Below are positions 1 through 11,671 of a stretch of 64,000 bases of DNA, piece after piece. Where the stretch lies: the NCBI RefSeq assembly GCF_006345805.1, contig NC_043003.1, positions 32,798,001 through 32,862,000 on the forward strand, written 5' to 3'. The position numbers and the translations under genes are program-made. How positions within the stretch are numbered: the first letter of the stretch is position 1; each line of letters begins with the position of its first letter. This stretch comes from Octopus sinensis. Taxonomy: Eukaryota. The notes under the pieces were generated by a model that searched no databases, was not told the origin of the DNA, and was given only the letters and a program-made list of their open reading frames with translations.

Positions 1-728
1 TTTAGCATGCAGGTAGGATTCAATCAAGGTTCAGTTCATCCCCTTATCCCATCTGTTTGTTATAGTCTTTTTAGCTTTATTGGATTAGTTTAAAATGAGA
101 TGTGCATAAAATCTACCATACGTTGATGAGCTAACTCTTAATGCTGAGCCTGTGGCAGATTTAGTGTAGAAATTCCAGATATGGAAGGAAATGCAGAATG
201 GAGAAACAAACTAAATTTAGCAAATACTATGGTGTTAGTAAGTAGGAGACAAAATAGGATGCTCCTACCACCAGGTAAATGACCATTATCAATATGCAGA
301 AAAAGAGCCGGTAGAGATTGTATATGGTGTATTCATTATAAATTATGGTCACTCAAGGTAGAAAGCAGGCTAGTGGGGTCACAAAAAAGTCTTATTTTAT
401 ACGCAGCAGATGTACAAGGGCAGTAAGCACTCAAAAGGCCAAAGAAATTATATTCCCTCTAGATTCTTTCAAATGTTTAGGAGGATTTTAGAAGTAGCTC
501 TATGGCTCTTGTTGTCTAGGTGATCCAAATACTAGTGGAGGTAGGAGTAATTTAGACTAGAAAGAAATGAAGCAAACACTCTGAATGCCATATAAAGACA
601 GTGAGCATGAACAGAATAAAAATGAGCTGAGAGAAAAGCTGAATAGAAAATCAGATAGAGTGTATGGGAAATCTGTGCTGGTATGGACATGTGATCTATA
701 TGTGGGATGGTAGTTGTGTAAAAAGTGC
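1..728 (+). mobile_element. Highly decayed RTE-type LINE fragment (RT to C-terminal region), runs off window start
   Basis: Manual translation gives broken motifs VGFNQGSVHPL (~VGVHQGSVLSPLLF), LPYVDELTLNAE (~LLYADDLALIAE) and NLCWYGHV (~LRWYGHV) in the expected order; many stops and frameshifts. Confidence 0.6.
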
Positions 729-740
729 CTTTTTTTTTTT

Positions 741-1105
741 TACTCTTTTACTTGTTTCAGTCATTTGACTGCGGCCATGCTGGAGCACCACCTTTAGTCA
801 AGCAAATCAACCCTGGGACTTATTCTTTGTAAGCCTAGTACTTATTCTATCGGCCTCTTTTGCCGAACCGCTAAGTGACGGGGACGTAAACACACCAGCA
901 ATGCTAGGGGGACAAACAGACACAAACACACACACATACATATATACATATACATACATATATACGACAGGCTTCTTTCAGTTTCCGTCTACCAAATCCA
1001 CTCACAAGGCATTGGTCGGCCCGGGGCTATAGCAGAAGACACTTGCCCAAGATGCCACGCAGTGGGACTGAATCCGGAACCATGTGGTTGGTTAGCAAGC
1101 TACTT
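741..1105 (-). mobile_element. tRNA-derived SINE family A (3' part; interrupted copy)
   Basis: Same sequence as copies at 6212-6639 (+), 9733-10208 (-) and 25682-26060 (-), with internal (CA/TA)n and an AGAGTAAAAGAG-type tail. Its 5' head continues at 3098-3133. May be one of the octopus OK/OR families; not verified. Confidence 0.9.
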
Positions 1106-3097
1106 TATTTTATCTAATTTGCCACAGGGGCATTACACAGATGTAGCATTGCGGGCTGGACATAGACATTAATGGTATGAATGATGGTGATGGAACAATG
1201 ATGATGGGAGAAGACGAAAGCGCCCGCCGACTTCCGCTTCTCTAAAACAATGTTCTTTTTTCAAAAAATCACAATGAGGCAATAAACCTCTTACTCAATA
1301 TAATACAATGTTCTATTTTTTTCTTTTAAAAACACACAGAAAGTTCAGGTTACCCGGCCGACCAGTGCTCTTGCTTTATTGAAGCACTCACTCAGTTCCA
1401 GGCAAGACCACACAGGTATAAATTTATAGGAGTCCTCCGGGAAAGAATTCACGATCCTGCACAGATCACTATCCCATAGGACCTCCGCAGCCACCTGCAA
1501 AGGCCACTCAGGGTCCTCCGTGCAGGACCGAAGTCCCTCCCATTGGCCCCTCCTTTCCATTTTCCTTATTTCATTCTCAATGGTTTCTCCTTTGTGGAAG
1601 CGGACCACATATCTATACTCCGGCGGCACACCCGCCTGAAGAGGCTTGGGAAACGCCGTCCGCGTGTCACAATCTGCCGGCGGCGTCCCGTTTCTCTTTT
1701 TTCTTTTTTCCCTGGGCCGCGGGAGGGTGAGGTTCCTGTGGTGCACACAATGGGTCCTCTTCTTCTCCCACAGCTCCTGGGTCTTTCGGTGGGTCACCAT
1801 TGTTGCCCACCTTTCTTTTTCGTTTTGAGGATGTAACAACCTCCTCATCATTCTTCTGCTTCTCTCCCTCCATTGGGGGAGCAGGGAGAGGTTCCACCAT
1901 TAACTGCTCCAGGATCCTACTTTGGTCCCTGGGGCAGTTCTTAATGTGGCTGGTCTCCAGGTATAATTGACACTTGGGGGGGGGGCGTCCCTCAAGCATC
2001 ACCGGATACCTGGACTCGGCCATCCTCAAGAAATCTGGGAAAACCAGACTTTCGGCTGATTGGCTCCATAGGGTCAAAACAGCTTTTGACCCCTCCCAAT
2101 CAGCCGCAGGCAATACTTTAACATTCAGCAGCTTGGTACTGCTACTACCCAGATCCTGGTGGATAGAGTCCTCTATCCACTCGGGCTCAATTCCGAGTGG
2201 TAGGCCGCAGATCCAAGCTTTCAATAATTTTTTTTCCATATAATTTGGGAGAAACAATATTTCTTTGCCCTCAAGGGGCTGGCTTGCAAAGTCGCAAGCT
2301 TCTTGTGGGAGTCAAATAGCAACCAGACCATTGCATATTTGACCCCCTGTGAGATAAATTTAATGGCTGGCATGTAGTCTGCCAGCTCATTCAAAATTGT
2401 GGCCTTCGGGAAGACGGCTATGGTGTCGAGCGACTTCAAATACGTTCTTAACACCACGGTCTTCCTTTCCAGCTCTTTTACCCATTTCTTGGGAGGTGTC
2501 AACACCCACACGAGAAATTCCTTTGTCATTGACACAAAGTTCAATAAAGTTCAAAGTACAAAAATGAATAGGACACAAAAAGGAGAAGGAAAAACACAAC
2601 AGAAGAGAAGAAATAAAATAATTAACAGTTCAAAAAAGAGTTCTTTTTTTAAAAATAAATGACAGCTCGAAGAAGAGAGTTCAAATTCAGACAAAGGAAT
2701 CAAATTTTTCGGCCGAAAAGGGTACTCCTTGCTAAATGTCCAATTGGTAAATGAATCCAGCAAAACCGACCACAGCACTGGCCACCGCCAACGGTAACTT
2801 CAACAGCAGCTGTATTGGGTTCCAATCATTCGGACAAGGATACGCCCCTCCACTGTTTTTTTTTTCAATAACACAAAAACGGCAGCCGCCGAGAGCAGGC
2901 GAAATTGTCCCAGAGCTGGGCACAATTTACTGAAAAAACAATTCGCACGCAATAAATTATGCCCAGCTCACCACAAAAAAATCACTTACCTCGACAACTT
3001 TCTCTGTTTTTGTGCCTTTTTCTGTAATTGGATGGAGCTAGCAAGCTCACGTCCACTCTGGTTCAACTGGAAGAAACTGACTAACAGTGCATGTGCA
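1106..3097 (-). mobile_element. ORF1-only non-LTR retroelement (L1/Tx1-like ORF1, no ORF2), flanked by 14-bp TSD
   Basis: TSD TTAGCAAGCTACTT at 1092-1105 and 3098-3111. Three overlapping minus-strand frames (2544-2221, 2257-1667, 1851-1345) form a frameshifted gag-like ORF1 with degenerate knuckle KCQLYLETSHIKNCP. About 240 bp of 3' UTR ends in ATAAAATAAA. Confidence 0.75.
1345..2544 (-). pseudogene. Frameshifted LINE ORF1 (nucleic-acid-binding, CCHC-like) remnant
   Basis: Segments ...WICGLPLGIEPEWIEDSI...MLEGRPPPKCQLYLETSHIKNCP... resemble Tx1/L1-clade ORF1; two frameshifts. Confidence 0.6.
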
Positions 3098-3133
3098 TTA
3101 GCAAGCTACTTACCACACAGCCACTCCTGCGCC
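3098..3133 (-). mobile_element. SINE family A 5' head (GGCGCAGGAGTGGCTGTGTGGTAAGTAGC), split off by the ORF1 element
   Basis: Matches the 5' end of the intact family A copy ending near 10208. Confidence 0.9.
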
Positions 3134-4499
3134 TTGTTATCAAAGTGAATAGAATCTGTGGGAAAAGGAGATTAAAGAAGAGTTGGAACAAAATGAAGAC
3201 TGATCTCATAGAGAGAATAACAAAGGGCCATGTTGTATGATGGTGCATAGTAATGAGGAAGACTTATATATCTGTGTAAGCAAGGAAAAAGTAATGTTTA
3301 AAAAGATAGCAGTAGGGATAGAGGGTTGGACACCTAGTATACACACACACACAGAGTTGTAGATCTCTGAATGAGATCTAAGTAATAACTATACTGCATA
3401 GTAAAATCTATTTGCCAATGTCAGGTGGCAGTCCTGTGTAGGACCATGTTACTACCATTTAACCCCAGGAAAACATCTTTTCCAGCTGGTTATTGACACA
3501 CAATCTGTGTCCGAGGTACAGTGTGAGCAAGAGAGTATACTACTCCCTCCTAGCCATAGCGAACTACTTGGTAAAATTTTTAATTATTAATTAATTGATT
3601 AATTTTACCCTTTATTATTATGGATAATATAATTCTCTCCCTGATTGTAAACTACAGCTTTTTCTGTAGAATTTTACTCATTAGCACATGTGGGTGAGTG
3701 AGGAGGAATATGAGATCTCATTCGTCTGTTTGAATTCAGAAGTACTGGTCAATCCCCCAATTGTAACATTGATTTCAAGGCCTTCCCATATGAGTGACTG
3801 GTTATTGAAAGACATTTATAGATTGTAAATTTATTCTGTCCAGTTACCTATTGGTATAGTGGTCATTTGCAAACTCCAGAGGTGACACTTTTATTTCCCC
3901 TTAGCCCTCATGTCACGCAGTTGTTAATGTTTGAGTTGGGTCATGCCCTTCCAATTTCTATAGGTCCGTAATGCATCTTACAACTGTGCCTGTCTCATGT
4001 ATGGTGAGGAATCCTACATTGGGGAGTAGTAACAACGAGTCTAGAGTAGCTGACTGCTTATTGTGATCATTCGTCTTTTGGTTTCCTGTAGCTTTGCTCA
4101 CTTTTACAAACCCAGTGAACATATATATATATATATATATATTACTTATTTCAAAGAAATTCGAACAATAGATATAAGACCCAAGTTAAAAAGATTCTCA
4201 ACAATTCAACTTCTCTGCTTGACATTAAGACACCCACCCCTAATAGGTGCCTTACCTCCCACATTTTAGAGCTCCATGACCTCCATTTTACAGGAGCAAA
4301 ATCCTTTTAACAAGTTCCATAAGACTGGAATATTGGAATCTGTGTGTAAAGATCAGTAGTATGGGATACATGTGTCATGATTAGAATTTTTTTGGGGTAT
4401 GTAAAAAGGAAAAGAACCCTCATCTGCAATTTTGATGAAATTCGAATCATAGGTATTCCAGTTCATTAGAGAAAATATAACAGAAAAGTCTAATTCGTC

Positions 4500-4540
4500 A
4501 ATTGCATGTAACACAGGCAATGCCGGGTATCTCTGCTAGT
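4500..4540 (+). mobile_element. Helitron-like 3' terminus
   Basis: Short hairpin GGC-AAT-GCC (4516-4524) followed by CTAG at 4536-4539 and T; body extent not defined. Confidence 0.45.
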
Positions 4541-4573
4541 GTGTGTGTGTGTATATATTTATATATATATGTA

Positions 4574-4824
4574 TCATCGTTTAGCGTCCGCTTTCCATGC
4601 TAGCATGGGTTGGACGGTTCAACTGGGGTCTGGGAAGCCAGAAGGCTGCACCAGGTCCAGTTTGATTTGGCAATGTTTCTACGGCTGGATGCTCTTCCTA
4701 ACGCCAACCACTCTATGAGTGTAGTGGGTGCTTTTTACGTGCCAGACGAGTCTGGCAAACGGCCACGATCGGATGGTGCTTTTTATGTGCCACTGGCACA
4801 GGGGCCAGGCGAGGCTGGCAACGG

Positions 4825-4828
<4 letters not shown>
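4574..4828 (-). mobile_element. Dispersed repeat, probable 3' part of an RTE-associated SINE
   Basis: (GAT)-type tail on minus strand and GC-rich body (TTCTACGGCTGGATGCTCTTCCTAACGCCAACC); truncated by (TA)n. Family assignment is from recall only. Confidence 0.45.
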
Positions 4829-4865
<37 letters not shown>

Positions 4866-5099
4866 GGTACTGTAAATTTAGAGTGAATACTTGATAAGTG
4901 TAAGCACCTGTGTATACCAGATAGTGGTAGAGGTGAGAGAGAATATATCAAATAAAATTAAAAACAGAACACAAAGGATATCACAGTACATGTGTTTCAA
5001 GCTTTATAAACCCCCTTTTAAAAAAAAATTCTTTAAAAAACTTTTAAATATATAAAACTCAATCTTTGGAGAATAGTATATTAAATTATATTAAATTAT

Positions 5100-5241
5100 T
5101 AAATTATAACTGTTATGTACTCAAAAACAAGACAGACACTTATAAGATGTAATGTATGTGTGTATATACATGAATATAAGAGCGTGAATGTGTGCGGATA
5201 TTGTACATGGGGATATATATATGTATATATGTTTATGTTTA

Positions 5242-5328
<87 letters not shown>

Positions 5329-5480
5329 ATAAAGATATGCATGTGTTTGTGTGTGTGTATAGATATCTATATCTGTACATATGCTTAAGGATATAGTAGT
5401 GTATGTACTTGTTTACTAGGTTTAACTGTAGATATGTGTGGAGATATTTGTGTAATTCCATGTATTTAATGCTGTGTATT
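5100..5480. repeat. Compound (TA)n/(TG)n microsatellite
   Basis: Directly visible. Confidence 0.95.
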
Positions 5481-6211
5481 TAATGAGGCATACTTGTATA
5501 TGCTCCAGCATGTTAGCTTATATATATGTGTATGAGTACGTGTATATACATATACTATAAACTTATAAAGCTAGTAAATTTTAGTGGCGGGTCTTGTGTA
5601 AACTGACCATTCATCACAACGATATCAAATTACAACCTCAACAAGCTGTGGAAATTAAGAAGTTATTTATGACCACCAACATCCCATCAAAGCCAAAATC
5701 TTATTTTCAGCCCTTTAGTATCTTATCTCTTTATCTCCTACTCTACCTTATATTCTCAATTCTTTTGTTTTTATCTTTTTTTGTTACTTTATTCTTATTT
5801 GGCTAATTCTTATTTATATGTGGTTCTAACTTTATTATCCTTACACACACACACGATAGAAAAACTGTAGTAAGACTAACTGCAATTACTCTTTCTTTCC
5901 CAAGATTTTATAGAAGTTACCTCCCTTACATTTTGCCTTCAGAATTCAAACGTCGGTGAAATTCATGTTTATTTACCATATTGAAAATCTCAATTAATCG
6001 AAGCTTTTTGGCTTACGCTGTAAGTAATTTTAAAAGATGGGGTTATTATAAGGGAAGCAACTCTTTGGTGAAAAATAGATCAATAGAGATCGTTGATATA
6101 TCTTGCGTCAGATATAATAGACTAAAACTTTTGAATGCTGCACCTCAGACTGATTGAAAGCCACCGACTGAAACCAACAAGATAAATAAAATAAATAAAT
6201 AAATAAATAAA

Positions 6212-6369
6212 TGTGTGGTAAGTAACTTGCTTACAAACCACATGGTTCCGGGTTCAGTCCCACTGCGTGGCACCATGGACAAGTGTCTTCTACTTATAGC
6301 CTCGGGCCGACCAAAGCCTTGTGAGTGGATTTGGTAGACGGAAACTGAAAGAAGCCCGTCGTATATATG

Positions 6370-6440
<71 letters not shown>

Positions 6441-6639
6441 TTGTCCTTCCAGCATCGCTTGACAACCGATGCTGGTGTGTTTATGTCCCTGTAACTTAGC
6501 GGTTCGGCAAAAGAGACCGATAGAATAAGTACTAAGCTTACAAAGAATAAGTCCTGGGGTCGATTTGCTCGACTAAAGGCGGTGCTCCAGCATGGCTACA
6601 GTCAAATGACTGAAACAAGTAGAAGTGTAAAAGAGAGAG
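6212..6639 (+). mobile_element. SINE family A, near full length
   Basis: B-box-like GGTTCAGTCCC, internal (TA)(TG)n, 3' GTCAAATGACTGAAACAAGT; reverse complement of 9733-10208. Confidence 0.9.
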
Positions 6640-7731
6640 TAAATGGCAATATGCTTTACCACAAATGAACTGGTTTCTATGTCAGCCCTAAGTAAGCTAA
6701 TGATCGAGGCGTTCCAGTTGTGACCATCCCGTCTTCTATTTTAGGTAAAATATTATGAATAACAATATGACTTTAGGTGTCTTTTCGTTCATGAACACAA
6801 ATACGTTTTGGCGGGTAAATTTGGCTGCTATTTCTAGCAGACTTATCGAGTATGCGGAGAGTCGCGCGTTAGCTGGTAAGGCTCACTGTGTAGAGACACG
6901 CACGTTAGCTAAGAAGACTCTGTTTGAGCCTTATTATTACAGTTAGAAAATATTAATTAGAATCCATTACACCCATAATTCTTTCATGATATCTTTGTTG
7001 AAGGTAGTGAATTTTTAGTTAATAAAAGCACTGAAGGGAATGCCTCGTACTGTTTGTTCTAATTCTCTGCGTTCTGAGTTAAAATCCCGCCTATTTTAAA
7101 TAAATACAGGCGACGGATGCAATTGTTAGATTCAACTTAAGATGAGCGTAATGTTTGAATGCCGAATACTGGTATGCGGTGACGGGCACCTACTACTGAG
7201 GATGTACAATATACTGAAATCATGTGATGTAGTTGTTCTGCACTCATTCCAGATGTGACTCTTCTGCTATGATATATTTGTGCTTTTAAGCACCGACCCT
7301 AAAGAGGCGGCCTTTCCCTTGGATAATATCGGCGGCAAGGAAAGATGAAAGTTTCATGCACATGTAGCTTCTAATCTTCCACAAAATCCTTGCCCAGGCC
7401 CGTGTTTATATATGCAAATCCATGGTCAACCCGGATCAATGGAAACCCTAAAGAGTTTTGTTTTTAAATGAAGAAAGAAATAATAATAATAAAACAAAGA
7501 GAAGGAATCCTCTCTAAATCGTTCGACTTGCTTGAAATTTCTGGTGCATTCTAGAAGAATCTACTCTATCGTCTAACATTTCTATTAATATTTTGCTGCG
7601 GGTATACGATTAAATTTGCTTGAGAAAATTTTATGTTACTTTGCTAATTATACGCTCATACTAATGACAAATGACCATCACTCAAATGCAATGTTGACCA
7701 CCTAAGTATATATACAACATTAGTTTTAGTG

Positions 7732-7735
<4 letters not shown>

Positions 7736-7764
<29 letters not shown>

Positions 7765-9151
7765 TGTGTACAGTGTTCAGGTGCACTACAACTCATCTAA
7801 AGTGTATATATAATCAGGTGTAGTTTCGGCGGATTTCGGAAAGCATGAGGGCCTTAAAGGATGCAGTGTCATGGCAGTCAACAACTGACGCAGGCAGTTT
7901 ATTCCATGCTTCAGCAACTCTGAGCGTGAAAAAATGTTTCCGAAAGTCATGGGAGCTGTGTTGTTTTCTGACTTTGTAGGCATGTCCACGTGTGTTAGAC
8001 ACATGGAGATCAAAAAGGTGTTCAGTGTTGTTGTTGGTGAGGTGGTTGATAACCTTGTGGGTGTTTACCAAGTCCGTCGCCAGACGCCGGAGCTTCAGTG
8101 AATCCATGCCCATGGAAACAAGGCGCTCAGAATATGGTAGGTGTCTGATGGAGGGTATGCGTTTGGTTGCACGTCTCTGGACAGATTCCAGGAGGTCAAT
8201 GTTCTGAGCAAGATAGGGATTCCAAACTGATGATGCGAATTCCAAGTGTGGTCGTACCATAGCTGTATACAGTTTTAAATAGATGGCTGGAGAGCGGCTA
8301 ACAAAAGTCTTGCTGAGTGATGCCAAGACACCCTCGGCCTTCTTGACAATTTTAGAGATATGCTTTGTCCAACGCAAATCACTGCTGACAGTGATGCCTA
8401 GGTCACGCTCACAAGAGGATTTCTTGTTATCAGTGTTGTGGAGGGAGTATGTGGACACAGGGTTTTTTCTCCCAAAATGCATGGTGGTACACTTGTCCAC
8501 AGCCAGTTTCAGTTGCCAGTCTGTGATCCATTGCTGCATTGTGTCTAGGTCTGATTGCAAGAAAGAGTTGTAGACATTAGGATCTGTCCTCTTGATTTCA
8601 AGGTACAGCTTGATGTCGTCTGCATATTTCAATATTGTGGCATTCTTTAAATTGGCATCTATGTCATTAATGTATGCCACAAACAGGAGGGGACCAAGGA
8701 CAGATCCCTGTGGTACACCCGATGACATCTCATGTGGTGTAGAGTGCTGTCCTAGAACTGTGACTACCTCCTTTCGGCTGAGGATGAATGATTTCAACCA
8801 GTTAAAAAGGTCATCCCCCACACCCATTGCAGAGAGTTTCACCATAAGCCTTTTGTGTGGCACAGAGTTGAAAGCCTTAGCAAAGTCAAGGTAGACAACA
8901 TCCACCCATGAGCCACTGTCAGTGATCTGAGTAATGTCCTCAAGGAACTCGACAAGCAGGTCACTGCAGCTGGAGTTAGGGACAAATCCATATTGTGAGG
9001 GTCGGATGAGACTGTGAGAGCTCCAGAAGTTCCAGAGTGTTTCTCTCACACACGATTCCATCAGTTTTGCAATACAGCTAGTGAGACTGACTGGGCGATA
9101 GTTGACAGGTGATGTGCGGTCACCCTTTTTGAACAGAGGAATGACACTGGC
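7736..9151 (-). mobile_element. 5'-truncated CR1-clade LINE, young
   Basis: 8-bp TSD AGTGTATA at 7728-7735 and 9152-9159; (ATT)n tail on the element strand; uninterrupted RT ORF. Confidence 0.92.
7814..9151 (-). CDS. CR1 ORF2 reverse transcriptase plus C-terminal domain (445 aa, 5'-truncated; the track's first 25 residues are flank)
   Basis: Motifs VIPLFKKG, NYRPVSLTS, QYGF, VYLDFAKAFNSVPH, GVPQGSVLGPLLF, YADD, ERDLGI, RPHLEFASSVWNP, FFTLRVAEAWNKLP. Confidence 0.9.
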   Translation of the reverse strand, partial: ASVIPLFKKGDRTSPVNYRPVSLTSCIAKLMESCVRETLWNFWSSHSLIRPSQYGFVPNSSCSDLLVEFLEDITQITDSGSWVDVVYLDFAKAFNSVPHKRLMVKLSAMGVGDDLFNWLKSFILSRKEVVTVLGQHSTPHEMSSGVPQGSVLGPLLFVAYINDIDANLKNATILKYADDIKLYLEIKRTDPNVYNSFLQSDLDTMQQWITDWQLKLAVDKCTTMHFGRKNPVSTYSLHNTDNKKSSCERDLGITVSSDLRWTKHISKIVKKAEGVLASLSKTFVSRSPAIYLKLYTAMVRPHLEFASSVWNPYLAQNIDLLESVQRRATKRIPSIRHLPYSERLVSMGMDSLKLRRLATDLVNTHKVINHLTNNNTEHLFDLHVSNTRGHAYKVRKQHSSHDFRKHFFTLRVAEAWNKLPASVVDCHDTASFKALMLSEIRRNYT

Positions 9152-9394
9152 AGTGTATATTATTAAGATTCTAGTAAGCACTTGAAATGCCTTTTGAATT
9201 TGATTTTCCATAAAAAGCTCGAACAATTAGGAAACTAAGGGTAAAATTATAAAAGCTGCTTATGTAAAACAAAGATCATTGGGAAGTTGTCAGAATCTCA
9301 ACTGTCTTTTATTTTGGAGCCATCATTATGGAAGTATACGATTAAGAAACAAATCGATTTCATCTTGAAAACCTTGTGTGCGTACATATTTCTG

Positions 9395-9610
9395 TTGGTT
9401 TCAAATTTTGGCACAAGGCCAGCAATTTCAAGGGAGGAACTAGTCGATTACATTGACTTCGATACTCAGCTGATACTTATTTTATCGACTCCTGAAAGGA
9501 TAAAAGCAGAAGTCGACCTCGGTGGAATTTGAACTCAGAACGTAAAGAAGCACGAAATGCCACTAAGCCTTTTACAAAGTGTGTTAACGTTTTGGCCAGC
9601 TCGCAGCCTT
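9395..9610 (-). mobile_element. tRNA-derived SINE family B (Meta-domain-like core)
   Basis: Head GGCGGCGAGCTGGCAGAA, B-box GAGTTCAAATTCC, core CTTTCATCCTTTCGGGGTCGATAAA; many copies in the window. Confidence 0.85.
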
Positions 9611-9732
9611 AATTTTTACCTTTATATATTAATTATAAAACATGTCTGGGTGTGCAGCAGCGCACTGTTTTAAAGGAAATTTGTTAACGTCTTAGAAATG
9701 AAAGGACGCATTGGATGATGTTGTTTTAGATA

Positions 9733-10208
9733 CACTCTCTTACTCTTTTACTTGTTTCAGTCATTTGACTGCGGCCATGCTGGAGCACCGCCTTTAATCG
9801 AGCAACTCGACCCCGGGACTTATTCTTTTGTAAGCCCAGTACTTATTTCTTTTGCCGAACCGCTAAGTAACGGGGACATAAACACACCAGCATCGGTTGT
9901 CAAGCAATGCTAGGGAGACAAACACAGACACACAAACACACACACGCATATATATGTGGTGCTATTAAGTTAGACATGGCCTGGGCCAATAATGGCCGAA
10001 ACCTATCAAAGTATCAAAGTATAAAGTATATATATATATATATATACGACGGGCTTCTTTCAGTTTCCGTCTACCAAATCCACTCACAAGTATTTGGTCG
10101 GCCCGAGGCTATAGCAGAAGACACTTGCCCAAGGTGCCACGCAGTGGGACTGAACCCAGAACCATGTGGTTGGTAAACAAGCTACTTACCACACAGCCAC
10201 TCCTGCGC
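9733..10208 (-). mobile_element. SINE family A, full length
   Basis: Complete head GCGCAGGAGTGGCTGTGTGG through the AGAGTAAAAGAG tail. Confidence 0.92.
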
Positions 10209-11045
10209 ATATGCCAGAACAAAAAAAAAAGAAAGGAATTGATCGTGTGTATTCTGGATCAGGACGGACCTGGATTAATGAACGTGAAAATATTGCTCCT
10301 GCCACCGCTTTTTCATTAAAATATGAAACAAATAAAAACGTTTACGAATTGGTTAGACTTAGTGTAATAGATCTTTGATCAAAACCATTCGAACTCCAAT
10401 CATCTCGCATTTCTGTCAAGCATAGTATATCTAGGGTTACAGAATCCAATGTGTCTCTCCTGTTGTAACAAATGTCTCACTCATAGATCTTTGGGACCAT
10501 CTGGAATTTTGTTTATTGTTGCGCAAAAAATAGAGTTATTTCCCTTGATAAATGTTTGAGTTACCTACCTTAGACTACTGTGAAAACTACCTTCCACCAT
10601 ATAAAATAAAATTTTCGTTTTTTTTGAAAAATCTTTGGCGTACTTTTAGACGGCATCATTATAACCGTAGACTACATTAATCTTATACCATATTGCTTTC
10701 TGCTGGGAAGTAGAAAACTGGGGATTATAAGAAACAACTGTACCAGATTGTGAAGTGTAAATCTTATATCTTTCATTTGACTCCACACGAGACGACTTTA
10801 TATCATATCAGTTTTCTTTGTCCTCGACTCTCTTCGCCACTTCTCCTTCTACTGTTGCTTTCCCTCCCACCTCTCTCTCTCATTTCCCTTCTACCTATCT
10901 CTCTTATTATCACTTTCTCTCCGTCTATCTTTCTTCGCAATCCAGCCTGCATCAAACCGTACCTTAGTCGCTTAAAGAGGGAAGAAGAGACTGGATAATC
11001 CATTATAGATTCTCCTAAATAGATGAATTTGCTCGATCAGTTTTG

Positions 11046-11058
11046 GCCGGGTGTCAAA

Positions 11059-11131
<73 letters not shown>

Positions 11132-11140
11132 GCTGCTGCA

Positions 11141-11217
<77 letters not shown>

Positions 11218-11235
11218 CGCCGCTGTTGTTGCTGT
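11046..11235. repeat. Alternating (TAC)n/(TGC)n trinucleotide blocks
   Basis: Directly visible. Confidence 0.95.
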
Positions 11236-11479
11236 TAAGCAACAAGACGGGTAAGGGTGATTAGGTGATGGTCTAGGGCGTAAGGGCAGGAGACCCCAGA
11301 CCTTGGGAAAGAAAACAAAACTTTGTTCGTCTTGTTGTAGTCGAGGGCTCTTCGTTGACGCCCGACACCACTGGGAAGCGGCCCTCGAAGTCGCTGGAAA
11401 TGGAGATCTCCAGGTCCAAATTCTTGAACGGCTACTGATGCTGCTGCTGATGATGAAGATGATGATGATGATGATGGTG

Positions 11480-11517
<38 letters not shown>

Positions 11518-11537
11518 TATAATAATAATAATAATCC

Positions 11538-11665
11538 TTTCTATTACAGGCACAAGGCCTGAAATTTGGTGGAGGGGAACAGTCGATTCCATCAACCCCA
11601 GTGTTTCATTGGTACTTAATTTATCGACCCCGAATGAATGAAAAGCAAATCTGACCGCATAACGT
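11538..11665 (-). mobile_element. SINE family B 3' part with (ATT)n tail
   Basis: Core and 3' end match other family B copies. Confidence 0.8.
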
Positions 11666-11671
11666 CAAAAT

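Noticed and set aside
2984-2991. Perfect AG|GTAAGT donor in the 5' leader of the ORF1-only element
   Set aside because: The putative intron is retained in a retrotransposed copy, and the first AG after the pyrimidine tract falls downstream of the likely ATG; no evidence of use.
11240-11430. GC-rich segment between trinucleotide repeats (minus frame PFKNLDLEISISSDFEGRFPVVSG)
   Set aside because: Possibly a repeat fragment, but too short to assign.
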